59,601 nt of DNA from Candidatus Thorarchaeota archaeon (lineage in GTDB: Archaea; Asgardarchaeota; Thorarchaeia; Thorarchaeales; Thorarchaeaceae), in contig JAWOEX010000008.1 of the NCBI GenBank assembly GCA_046482545.1, positions 1-59,601 of the forward strand. Direction: 5' to 3'. The notes under the pieces were generated by a model. The model searched no databases and was not told the origin of the DNA. It saw only the letters and a list, made by a program, of their open reading frames with translations. The translations under genes were made by a program, and so were the position numbers. Below are positions 28,356-37,894 of this stretch, piece after piece; position 1 is the first letter of the stretch; every line of letters starts with the position of its first letter.

Positions 28356-28616
28356 GCATACATTGGTTGGGCTACAAGGGGTGGACCATGTAATTGTGTA
28401 ATCACAAGATAACCCTATAAGATGTTGTTGTGTATATTACTATTTTTACTCCTAGTTATATGCAAGACTATTTTCTTCGCCCTGAAAATCTTTCAGATTA
28501 TCTATCTGTGTGAGAGGAACTTGAGGTTTTTCATGGAAAGGAGTGTGGTTCATCTTCAAATAGTATACTATTGATGGAGACAAGTCCTATAAGCTCCTCC
28601 CTTCTTTGGGGTTAAG

Positions 28617-29759
28617 ATGAACGCTCTTTCAAATTCACTCGGCCATGATGCATGGCTCCATCGTTGCATCAAATGCAGTACATGCAAGTATATCTTTAGA
28701 GACTATGCGCCATCGTGTCCTTCAGGAGAGATGTATGGCTTCGAGTCATTCTACGCATCGGGCAAGATTAAAATTGCCCAAGCGCTTGAACAGGGCGAAA
28801 TCGATTGGGACGAGGAGCTTTTACTTCCTATCTTTGCATGTCCGCTTTGTGGAAACTGTGAAGTCCAGTGCCAAGCTCCCCATCAAGATGTAATCGTGGA
28901 TCTCATGGAAGGGCTTAGGAAAAGAGCGGTTCAGGAACTGGGGGCTCTTCCCTCGCATTCCCGATTCAGGAATAATATCGAGAAGAATCACAATCCGTAC
29001 GGGGAACCTCCCCATGAAGGTGTGACTGCGGACGAGCTAGGCTTACCTCAACAAGCAGATGTCGTTTATTTCATTGGTTGTACTTCAAACTACAGAGAAA
29101 AAAGCGTACGTGATGCAACGCTATCAATACTACAACAAGCGGATGTGGATTTCACGGTAGTAGACGAATACTGTTGTGGATCTCCGCTACTACGAACAGG
29201 GCAGATGGATTTGGTCAATTCGCTAGCTACGCACAACGTGAAGGTTTTCGAAAAAGCTGGAGCAACTAGGATCCTTACCTCCTGTGCGGGTTGTTATCGG
29301 ACACTCAGCAAGGATTATCCAAAGATGGGTTTCAACGGAATTGAAATCGTCCATATTACTGAACTGCTGGCTGAGTTGTTGGAAGAAGGCAAACTGAAGA
29401 TAAGCATGGATTTGGACCGCCCTATGGTTACCTATCACGATCCATGCCATCTTGGTCGTCATTGCGATGAATACGAAACCCCTCGAACTGTTCTTGAATA
29501 TCTTCCAGTTGATTTTGTGGAGATGGAAGCAAACAGGGAAAACACATGGTGTTGTGGAGCTGGCGGAGGTGTGAAATCAGCGTTCAATGAGTTCGCAGTA
29601 CGGACAGCACAAACGAGAATAGACCATGCCAAGGACGTAGAAGCTGATGTCCTGACGTCATCTTGCCCGTTCTGCAAGAGGAATTTCAGCGATGCAAAAA
29701 AGGACGGAGACCCTGAAGTATTGGACTTGGTACAACTCATTGAACGCATGCTAGCGTGA
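28617..29759 (+). CDS. (Fe-S)-binding oxidoreductase subunit, GlcF/HdrD-like (2x[4Fe-4S] plus two CCG domains)
   Basis: CIKCSTC, CPLCGNC..CQ, YFIGC, CCGSP, SCAGC, YHDPCHLGR, CCGAGGG, SCPFC. Confidence 0.92.
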   Translation: MNALSNSLGHDAWLHRCIKCSTCKYIFRDYAPSCPSGEMYGFESFYASGKIKIAQALEQGEIDWDEELLLPIFACPLCGNCEVQCQAPHQDVIVDLMEGLRKRAVQELGALPSHSRFRNNIEKNHNPYGEPPHEGVTADELGLPQQADVVYFIGCTSNYREKSVRDATLSILQQADVDFTVVDEYCCGSPLLRTGQMDLVNSLATHNVKVFEKAGATRILTSCAGCYRTLSKDYPKMGFNGIEIVHITELLAELLEEGKLKISMDLDRPMVTYHDPCHLGRHCDEYETPRTVLEYLPVDFVEMEANRENTWCCGAGGGVKSAFNEFAVRTAQTRIDHAKDVEADVLTSSCPFCKRNFSDAKKDGDPEVLDLVQLIERMLA

Positions 29760-29765
29760 ATCGTG

Positions 29766-29987
29766 TTACTTCAATGTGATGGCTCCTTCGGGGCAGACTT
29801 CCACGCAGTCGCCACAACGCGTGCAAAGGTCAGTAAACGCTACATCTACACGCCATACGTCAGGGTCATCGCTCTCATCATCAGGCGAATAGAGCAAGAA
29901 CAAAGCAGGCGCACAGATTTGCAGACATTTTTTGCATTCTCTGGGATCACCACATTTGTCGTAGTCAACAATGATGTCGGTCTTCAT
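29766..29987 (-). CDS. Ferredoxin-like 4Fe-4S dicluster protein
   Basis: CGDPRECKKCLQIC and CTRCGDCVEVCP. Confidence 0.88.
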   Translation of the reverse strand: MKTDIIVDYDKCGDPRECKKCLQICAPALFLLYSPDDESDDPDVWRVDVAFTDLCTRCGDCVEVCPEGAITLK

Positions 29988-29989
29988 TG

Positions 29990-30904
29990 TTACCACTCAT
30001 CCTTGAGCGACGGAAAGGCTGTTCTATCAACCATCTCGATAGCATCTTCCGGACATGCTGTGGCACAGAGTCCACAACCATAGCATTTCCAAGCATCAAT
30101 GAAAGGCCGATTCATTGCATCAGTAAACGTTAGGGCTCCAAACTGACAGCGGGAAGCACAAGTACCGCAGCCAGTACATTTAGAGAAATCTACCTTGGCG
30201 ATGTACTCTCCTTTGTATAATGCGCTAAGACCATAGTCGATGCGAAGTCGTGTAGCTGCGCACTCAGGATATTCGCAGCTACAAAGAGCAGCAATGTACG
30301 GAACGGGACCAAACCATACAGTATTAACTCGTCCGCCGCTATTCATCTTCTCCACGAATTCTCTGGCTTCATCCACATGCAGCCGTTCTGCACCATGCTC
30401 TGGTATGTATCTGGGAAGCTTTGGTACCATTTCCGCAAGGGCTCCGAAAGCTAGGCAACAGGGATCTTCTATACCACGGGTCATATGTCTGCATGCACAA
30501 TTGACTTTCAGAATTGGGTTTGCGAGTTCTAAGATTTGCTGGGCGTCTTCAAGTGGAACTACTTGGCCAGGATGACCTTCGGCACGTCGTGGGTTTCTTC
30601 CTTTAGGTGGTGTCTCTTTGGTGAACCAGCTGTTGATATACCACTTGATTGCGCGGCCTACAACAGGGATACTAAACTTGTAGCCTGGCCCTCGTGTAGA
30701 GATTCCGAAAATTTTCTGCAAGTAAACCTTCTCAAAGTGCTTCCAGAGCTCATAGATGTATTCATGAGCGTTGACAGCTTCTGCCGTTTCCTCCAGGTAG
30801 TTCTTAGAATTGAGATACCACTTCTTGCCTGCTCCGTGTTTATAGCACCATTCGCACATTTTGCATCCCTTTGTAGTGCAGACAGTATAGCCTTCAGGCG
30901 CCAT
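29990..30904 (-). CDS. 4Fe-4S binding protein with an N-terminal Cys-rich domain
   Basis: MCEWC..HG.GKKWYL, CACR, CSC..C, CTGCGTCASRC and CYGCGLCATACP. Confidence 0.88.
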   Translation of the reverse strand: MAPEGYTVCTTKGCKMCEWCYKHGAGKKWYLNSKNYLEETAEAVNAHEYIYELWKHFEKVYLQKIFGISTRGPGYKFSIPVVGRAIKWYINSWFTKETPPKGRNPRRAEGHPGQVVPLEDAQQILELANPILKVNCACRHMTRGIEDPCCLAFGALAEMVPKLPRYIPEHGAERLHVDEAREFVEKMNSGGRVNTVWFGPVPYIAALCSCEYPECAATRLRIDYGLSALYKGEYIAKVDFSKCTGCGTCASRCQFGALTFTDAMNRPFIDAWKCYGCGLCATACPEDAIEMVDRTAFPSLKDEW

Positions 30905-31043
30905 GACCTAAATCGCTTTCTCTTTACTATTCAGCTCAGAATCATTGATGGGCTAGATTAGTCGAGATGCTTTTACTCCATGAACATTGGAATTTGTCGA
31001 TAATATGATGAATTATTAGCAATCTGTTCTCTACGAATATAGC

Positions 31044-31637
31044 ATGTCGCATGAACAATCGTCTATTCCGGTGTACAAGGTTATTCTCATAGGTGATGCC
31101 AGTGTTGGAAAATCATCTTTGATACGCAGGTTACTACTGGATGAATTTGATGAACAATATACTGCTACGGTCGGAGTTGATTTGAGCGCCGTAGCTCTCA
31201 ACATCGAAGAAGTGACCCCCGTTATTCTAACAGCGATTGACTTAGGCGGTCAAGCTGATTTTGACGAGCTGAGATCGAAGTACTATCAAGGAGCGCATTT
31301 TGCGTGCTTAGTCTACGACATTTCTGATCAACACACTTTCGATAGACTTGAACATTGGTACCGCGGATTAATTGAGTCTGTACCTTCCTTTGAATCTGAT
31401 AGTAAACTCGGGATGCTATTAGGTAACAAATCCGATTTAACGAACGAACGCAAAGTGAGCCCAATTGAAGGTCGAAGATACGCGAGCAATATCAGTTGGC
31501 CTTTCTATGAAACAAGTGCCAAGACAGGACACAATGTGAGCGAAGTATTTACCCGAATAGCCAAAACCCTGTATACAAAATTCCCACCCCACGAAGTATC
31601 AGCAAGCCATTCCGACCGACCGAATATTGGTGTATAG
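31044..31637 (+). CDS. Rab/Ras-like small GTPase (eukaryotic signature protein)
   Basis: G1 GDASVGKS, G2 TVGVD, G3 DLGGQ, YYQGA..VYDI, G4 NKSD, G5 ETSAK. Confidence 0.92.
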   Translation: MSHEQSSIPVYKVILIGDASVGKSSLIRRLLLDEFDEQYTATVGVDLSAVALNIEEVTPVILTAIDLGGQADFDELRSKYYQGAHFACLVYDISDQHTFDRLEHWYRGLIESVPSFESDSKLGMLLGNKSDLTNERKVSPIEGRRYASNISWPFYETSAKTGHNVSEVFTRIAKTLYTKFPPHEVSASHSDRPNIGV

Positions 31638-31706
31638 ATTCTAGCTCCTTTTTCTCTCTGATTGGTACTTTACCACTATTGATGGACTAGCTGGAAAGAT
31701 TTGCAT

Positions 31707-34700
31707 TCAGCCTTCATGTTTTATTCGCGGGATTACAAACAAAACCACTATCAGAGCGATTCCTGCTACGGCAGCGCCGGCTGCCAGTCCTATCGTCATG
31801 AGATTTGGACCTGGTGGCGGTGTTGTTCCCGTGGTTGTAGTTGATGTTGTCGTAGTTGTAGTCGTTGTAGTACGAGTTGGGGGAAGAACAGAAACTAGAA
31901 CTGAATCGCTTGCCTGATTGCTACCTTCGTCGGTAATGATAATGGTGAAATTGTATGCACCCGGCGCTAGTGAGTTAACATCAACCATAATCTCAGAGCC
32001 GTTCCAGGTTCCGTCATACAGAGCTGTTCCGTTTCTCAACACAACATATGTTACTGTACCTGCGTCGCTAACGTTCCAAGAAATACTATGGTCGGTTGTA
32101 CCCACTTCGTATATGATGTCTTCAGGAGAGCTGATGATAGGAACAACCGTGTCGACTACATCAACGGTGACTGTATCGCTTGCTTGGTTTCCTGTTCCGT
32201 CGCATATAGTCAGTGTGATGTTGTACGCTCCAACTGAAAGACCATCGACGTTGTATTCGATATTCGAACCGTCCCAAGATTCACTCAGGACAAGTATGCC
32301 ATTCCTGTGTATGTTGTAGGTCTGAGGATCCAAGTCAGAAACAACCCAGCTTATTGAATTCCCTGTCGAGCCCAGTTCGTATTCCATATCTGCTGGCGAA
32401 TCGATGGTGGGGGCAATAGTGTCTGTCACAGAGACAATGACGGTATCACTTGCATAATTTCCACTAGAGTCATGGACGACAATCATGACACTGTGTGAAC
32501 CAAGTGAGAGACCATCGACACCATATTCTACGTTGGAGCCATTCCAGGACGAGTCTAGAACAATGCTGCCATCCACGTGTATCTCATAGGACGACGGATC
32601 CAAGTCCGAAGCATTCCAGTTGATTGTATTGCCTGTTGAACCCAGCTCGTAGTCTATATCTTCCGGACGATCTATTTCTGGTGAAGTAGAATCGAAAACT
32701 GTTACAAACACGGTATCTACTGAGATCTTGTCTAGAGTATCATTGATACTGATTGTGTAGTTATACACTCCGAGGTCTAGTCCATCCACATTGACTGTGA
32801 CATTAGCACCTTCGGCGATGCCTGAATCTATGACGGTGCCGTTTCTGTAGATTATGTAGGAATCTAAGCCCTGGTCTGATGCTTCCCAGGTTATTGAATT
32901 TTCCACAGTGCCCAGCTCATAGCTGACATCTTGAGGTTGATTCAATGTTGGAGGATACAAGTCGAGCAAGCATGGGTGATTATCTATGTTGTTGGCAAGA
33001 CCATCTACTATGTAGGAGCCTGAACCTGCATAGTCTGACCAGCAGTTTCCATTGGTCCCATTATCCCATGCGGTTGACAGGCTATCATCAAACGCATTGT
33101 AATGGTGATTATAACCAATATTGTTCCTGTAGAAGAGATTATTCTCGGATGCGGCATCTAATTCTATTCCCACGCCATTTTGAATAGCTGAGTTGTTTAG
33201 TGCAATGCAATCATCTGAATCATCAAAATTGAAACCGGTTAACTCATTGCATGTTGCATTGTTTTCTGTAAGGTTCAAATTAGTTGACTTCGCGAAGTTG
33301 AAACCAAAATACAGATTCGAGATTGCAGAATTCTCTTCAAGACTGTGATTGACTACCGAGTCAAAGCTGAATCCCATTTGGTTAGCAACCGCAGAGTTGT
33401 TTGTGAGGATCCATTCAACACAGTTCTCCAAACTGAAACCACTGAATGAGTTGCTGGTGACAGTATTGGTGCGCAGATAGCCGTTATCTGTCTCAGCTAT
33501 AGAAATTCCATCTATCCCATTCTGAGTGGCTTGGTTACCAGTAAAATTAAGATTGGCTGAGTTGTCAATCCAGAAGCCGCTTTCACTATTATCAATGGCA
33601 AGGTTGTTTGTTAGATTACAGTAGCTAGCGTATTCAACAAAGAATCCGTAATTGGTGTTGTTACTTGCAGTGTTTTGGTTCAATGTAACATCTGTCATCG
33701 TGTTCCATTGCGTACTAGCTAGATGAAATCCAGTATCCGAATTCTGGTCTGCAGTGTTGTTGTGGAATACTATGAAATCCGAATAGGAAAGGTAGAAACC
33801 ATGATGAGCGTTTTCAATTGACGTATTGTTTTCCAAATGGACATGCGTGGAACTCCGTATGCTGAAACCATGATTGATACTATTGACCGCTATGTTGCTT
33901 TCAAAAACGCAGTCTTCTGTTTGGAGCAACCTATATGCATTGAGAGAATTATTCGTTGAGGAAGTGCCTCTGATGGTACAGTTGTCGGAGAACAGAAGAG
34001 CAATGCCTTCCGTTGCATTATCATAGAGTCCATTCTCAACTTCTACGAATGATGAATTGACGATCAGCAATTGTCCATATTGGCTACCATCGATTTGTGT
34101 GTCGTTAATTCCGTTGAAATAACCCAGCGATTTTCCATTTACAGTATTCCCATCTTCGCTTGTTATCCACTCGCTAAGCGAATCATCCGCCAAGTATATG
34201 CCGCTCTGTTGAAATGTATTATTCTGGAGTGAACACTGGAATACGTCTCTTGAGATATACATTCCGTATACGCTGTTTGAAATAGTATTGTTTGAGAATG
34301 CACTCCAGAAAACTACGTCAAGATAAAATGCTGAATCGCCGTTGTTTTGCACCTTGTTCAATCTGAAACTAGAGGTTACAACATAGTAAAGATTCAGGCC
34401 CTTATGATTTCCCTTTGCTTCGTTTTCTGTAAAATTGGAATCTGACGATTGGATATAGAAACCATCCTGAGAGTTGTTTATTGCTATGTTATGACTGATT
34501 GTAGAATATTCAAGATTGATGTTCATGCCCCTGTTGTTTGCGGTGGCTGTGTTATTTGATACTGTGCAGTTCTCAGACGAAAGAAGATCCAAACCAACAT
34601 CGTTTTCATATGCTGTATTGTTAAGCACTTGAGATTCGGGCGATTCGTATTGAAATATGCCTGATTTGCAGCCTAGGACCGTATTATTTCTGATTGTTGC

Positions 34701-35516
34701 GTTGGTGCAGAATGCAAATTGAATTCCCCGTGACGCATTGTTGTATGTGCCATTTGCAAGCGTAGTATTATTGCAGTTCACAAGGATGGTCTGGCCATGA
34801 TTGCTTGCATCTATCTCGGTGTTGTTCAAATTCTTGAGATAAACGAGCTCTTTCCCGTTTAAAGTGTTTACCGATATATTATGAGTGATCCAGTATTCGA
34901 TTTGATGACCTGCGAAAACGAGACCGTTGTTTTGGAAGGTGTTGTTGGCAATTGTGGAATTGGATGTCTGTTCTAGGTTTACAGCAGATTCGGAATTGTT
35001 GGCGAAAGTGTTATTGATTAGAGAGCACTGCTTGGATCCCCACATTTGAATTCCCTCGTTGCCTGCTTTAGAAATAGTATTGTTCTTGAAAGTACAGTTG
35101 TCAGAAACGCTAAGCCAGACGTTGCTTCGATGTTTTTCCATCACACAATCCTGAATGGTCCCGTTAGGTGCTGAGTAAAGATACAAGCCAGGATTATTCG
35201 TGGGACTGGGTGCAGATAGCAAACAATTCTTGATTTTGTAATGAGCGGTTGTTGAGTCGATTTTAATGCAGCGATCACTAGTTGTTATGTTTAATCCCTC
35301 AATTAGATACGGATTTGCTTTCGATCCGTTTCCTGGCCACCCCTGTGTTTCGAAATCACTATCACTTGTGATGGAAATCGGGCCATGTGGGGTGTAAGCG
35401 GCTTGGAAACCCCTACCATCAATCTTGGGGTGCGATGTTGAGGTATGTTTCCCAGCTGTTTGAGCATTACTGAGCATAAGCAAAGCAAAAAGAAAGAGGA
35501 GGATTTTGTACTTCAT
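31707..35516 (-). CDS. Large surface protein: NosD/beta-helix domains, four Ig-like repeats, Thr-rich linker, TM anchor (1269 aa)
   Basis: Signal peptide, PHGPISITSDSDF..WPGNGS..PYLIEGLNI start, N-x-A-x-x-N repeats, WDNGTNGNCWSDY, repeats YELG..GN.I.W..SD..P..Y, TTTT linker plus TM. Confidence 0.85.
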   Translation of the reverse strand: MKYKILLFLFALLMLSNAQTAGKHTSTSHPKIDGRGFQAAYTPHGPISITSDSDFETQGWPGNGSKANPYLIEGLNITTSDRCIKIDSTTAHYKIKNCLLSAPSPTNNPGLYLYSAPNGTIQDCVMEKHRSNVWLSVSDNCTFKNNTISKAGNEGIQMWGSKQCSLINNTFANNSESAVNLEQTSNSTIANNTFQNNGLVFAGHQIEYWITHNISVNTLNGKELVYLKNLNNTEIDASNHGQTILVNCNNTTLANGTYNNASRGIQFAFCTNATIRNNTVLGCKSGIFQYESPESQVLNNTAYENDVGLDLLSSENCTVSNNTATANNRGMNINLEYSTISHNIAINNSQDGFYIQSSDSNFTENEAKGNHKGLNLYYVVTSSFRLNKVQNNGDSAFYLDVVFWSAFSNNTISNSVYGMYISRDVFQCSLQNNTFQQSGIYLADDSLSEWITSEDGNTVNGKSLGYFNGINDTQIDGSQYGQLLIVNSSFVEVENGLYDNATEGIALLFSDNCTIRGTSSTNNSLNAYRLLQTEDCVFESNIAVNSINHGFSIRSSTHVHLENNTSIENAHHGFYLSYSDFIVFHNNTADQNSDTGFHLASTQWNTMTDVTLNQNTASNNTNYGFFVEYASYCNLTNNLAIDNSESGFWIDNSANLNFTGNQATQNGIDGISIAETDNGYLRTNTVTSNSFSGFSLENCVEWILTNNSAVANQMGFSFDSVVNHSLEENSAISNLYFGFNFAKSTNLNLTENNATCNELTGFNFDDSDDCIALNNSAIQNGVGIELDAASENNLFYRNNIGYNHHYNAFDDSLSTAWDNGTNGNCWSDYAGSGSYIVDGLANNIDNHPCLLDLYPPTLNQPQDVSYELGTVENSITWEASDQGLDSYIIYRNGTVIDSGIAEGANVTVNVDGLDLGVYNYTISINDTLDKISVDTVFVTVFDSTSPEIDRPEDIDYELGSTGNTINWNASDLDPSSYEIHVDGSIVLDSSWNGSNVEYGVDGLSLGSHSVMIVVHDSSGNYASDTVIVSVTDTIAPTIDSPADMEYELGSTGNSISWVVSDLDPQTYNIHRNGILVLSESWDGSNIEYNVDGLSVGAYNITLTICDGTGNQASDTVTVDVVDTVVPIISSPEDIIYEVGTTDHSISWNVSDAGTVTYVVLRNGTALYDGTWNGSEIMVDVNSLAPGAYNFTIIITDEGSNQASDSVLVSVLPPTRTTTTTTTTTSTTTTGTTPPPGPNLMTIGLAAGAAVAGIALIVVLFVIPRIKHEG

Positions 35517-35726
35517 AGATGACGCGCCTTCAAGTTCTAGCCTGCGTATATTGTCCTAATAATAAGTCCATCGCAATACTCTTTGGATTTATGGGTTCAT
35601 TCTCTTAGCCTTGCGAAGAATATTCAAGAGACCTGTCAATCGAATCCGAATAATTCATAGTTTAGTTATACTGAATTGGAATGTATCCACCGTCTCTCTT
35701 CAAAAAAAGTTAAGGATGGCAACAGG

Positions 35727-36077
35727 ATGTTTCAGAAGCTAATCAAAGAAGTAAACAAAGGTGATTTTACGGTAGTTAGAGAAGAGATTACTGAAGGTAT
35801 CGTCGGTTTTCCACTCGTATCTGGACTTGCGTCAGGCACGAAGATCACTCTTACGCAAGTGGAGCCAAAAGGTGAGTTTTCTGAGCATAGGGACGATTAT
35901 CACCATGTGCTCTACTTCATCAGTGGTAACGGAGTTGGCTGGCTGGATGATAAGGAATATGATATTATGCCGGGCAAACTTGTTCAGATTCCCAAAGGGG
36001 CTGTTCATGGGTATCGAAATAACTCGAACGAAATGATGACGCTTCTTACTATCAACATTCCCGAATCTGAAATTTGA
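35727..36077 (+). CDS. Cupin domain protein
   Basis: H-x-D..H..Y.ISG.G and PG..V.IPKG..HG..N motifs. Confidence 0.85.
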   Translation: MFQKLIKEVNKGDFTVVREEITEGIVGFPLVSGLASGTKITLTQVEPKGEFSEHRDDYHHVLYFISGNGVGWLDDKEYDIMPGKLVQIPKGAVHGYRNNSNEMMTLLTINIPESEI

Positions 36078-36215
36078 ATTGTGTTGTCTCAGCTAGTCTC
36101 AGTTTGATACTGGGCTTTTTCCTCGAGCACATGCCCATTGCTACTTAGCTAATGATGAGAATTCTCATGATTTTTTTGAACATAGAATTGCGTATAGAGG
36201 ACCTGATGACCCTTT

Positions 36216-36605
36216 TCAAGGCTCAATTCTATGCAGATTAGTACTATCGAAATCACTATCGTAGCTGGCGATATCAAGGTCATGTTTCTTACATAGTACG
36301 TATTGATACGCATCGTCGAAGTCGAGATTATGATTCCTAGCAGAAGAAACAAGGTTTGGCGTATCGCTCAAAGAAAGTGTCAATGTTCTGACGCCCGCAT
36401 TAAGAAGAACATCATGAACAAAATCATGATACAGTTCATGCTTGTTGATAGAAGGCCTGAACATAATAACTCCAACTGAATGGATTGTGAAATCACTGAT
36501 GAAGATTTCATCTGTGCTCTGCTGATCAATGAAATTAGATGCTTCTTCAGCTCTTTCTTGTTCAAGAAGTATCTCTAGAAAGACATTTGTGTCAATTAGA
36601 ATCAT
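36216..36605 (-). CDS. vapC: PIN-domain (VapC) toxin
   Basis: LIDTNVFLE, LDFDDAYQY, SYDSDFD. ATGA overlap with the antitoxin stop. Confidence 0.9.
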   Translation of the reverse strand: MILIDTNVFLEILLEQERAEEASNFIDQQSTDEIFISDFTIHSVGVIMFRPSINKHELYHDFVHDVLLNAGVRTLTLSLSDTPNLVSSARNHNLDFDDAYQYVLCKKHDLDIASYDSDFDSTNLHRIEP

Positions 36606-36862
36606 TGGTCTCTCCATTCGGATGCTTTCTTCTCTAATTCCAAAGAAGTGAATTCATCACGAAACTCACTCAATCCCCCGGCCCATGAGAACGTGATTTT
36701 GTTTTTCCTTTCTCGAGATGGAGATATAGATCTTATATAGCGGATGACTTTCTCACGTTCTTCATCATTGAGATTCCAGATAGCCTTCAGTAGCTCTGCT
36801 ATTTTATCTGGATCTTGAGGGTATTTCTGAGCTTCTATATTTGTAGTCATGTTCCCGACCAT
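36602..36862 (-). CDS. DUF2281-family putative antitoxin
   Basis: FSWAGGLSEFRDEFTSLELE..EWR C-terminus, directly upstream of the PIN gene. Confidence 0.75.
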   Translation of the reverse strand: MVGNMTTNIEAQKYPQDPDKIAELLKAIWNLNDEEREKVIRYIRSISPSRERKNKITFSWAGGLSEFRDEFTSLELEKKASEWRDQ

Positions 36863-37117
36863 GATAATACTCTTTGGCCTTAAAACTCCTACTCATGGAC
36901 GTTGATACTTAACGAATCCATTTCCTGAGAATAAATCAAGTGAAACGATGACGCTCCTTCCCATCAATACTCCGGAAGTTGAAGTGTGACTAATTACATT
37001 TTCATTGGTTCTTGTTTCTTATTGGATCTTTAACTCGTAGTAGGCCTAGGAATGCAGCGACAAGAATGAGCGTAGCAACAATAAACGGCTCAATGCCAAT
37101 CCTCTTTTCTAGCCAAT

Positions 37118-37894
37118 CTATTTAGTTGCTTTAACGTTAAATCGCTCCGGAATTACAAAAACGCCTCTCGAGTATTCTACAGTACTCACTTTCACATCAT
37201 ACACTGCTTCTATTGCTTCGGGCGTAAGTACATCCAAACCTCCTTCAGCGTAGACATGCCCTTCATGCAGCATCAGGATTCTATCACAGAATCTCAAGGC
37301 AAGATTTAGGTCATGCAATGCCATGATGACTGAAAGGCCCTTGTTTGTTTCTTCTTTCACCAGCTCCAGTACGGCCATTTGATGCTTCAAATCCAAGTTG
37401 TTGGTTGGCTCATCCAGAAGGAGTATTGAGGGTTCTTGAGCTAAAGCCCTGCCAATCATGACTTTTTGTCTTTCACCCCCGCTGAGTTCAGTAATATGCC
37501 TAAGGGTGAATTCTTCAAGCTTGAGCTGTTCGATGAGATCTGATACTATCTCCAAATCCCTGTTCGTCGGTGCCCATTGAATGTGTGGCTTTCTCCCAAG
37601 CAGCATCGCATCAAAGACCGTATTGGGAAACGTCCTGCCGTTACTCTGGGGAATATAGCCCATAATTTTTGCAATATCCGATCTAGTATACTCATCAATG
37701 CTTTTTCCGTCGATAGTAATTGTTCCGCTCTGAGGACGTAGGATACCATCAATGCATTTGAGAAGTGTTGTCTTCCCAGACCCATTTGGTCCCAAGATGG
37801 CAAGTAGCTCTCCGCTATCGAGACGCAAGTCAATCTCCTTCAATACCGACCTGTGATTGTAGCTAAATGATAATCCATTGACAGCGAGCTTCAC
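37118..37894 (-). CDS. Cobalamin/Fe-siderophore ABC transporter ATPase (BtuD/FecE-like)
   Basis: GPNGSGKTT, LSGGERQ, LLDEPT, HDLNLA. Confidence 0.93.
   Translation of the reverse strand: MKLAVNGLSFSYNHRSVLKEIDLRLDSGELLAILGPNGSGKTTLLKCIDGILRPQSGTITIDGKSIDEYTRSDIAKIMGYIPQSNGRTFPNTVFDAMLLGRKPHIQWAPTNRDLEIVSDLIEQLKLEEFTLRHITELSGGERQKVMIGRALAQEPSILLLDEPTNNLDLKHQMAVLELVKEETNKGLSVIMALHDLNLALRFCDRILMLHEGHVYAEGGLDVLTPEAIEAVYDVKVSTVEYSRGVFVIPERFNVKATK

Noticed and set aside
36155-36168. Perfect 14-bp palindrome ATGAGAATTCTCAT between convergent cupin and vapC genes
   Set aside because: It is an isolated single copy next to a T-run. At most it is a terminator-associated feature, with no evidence of a mobile-element end.
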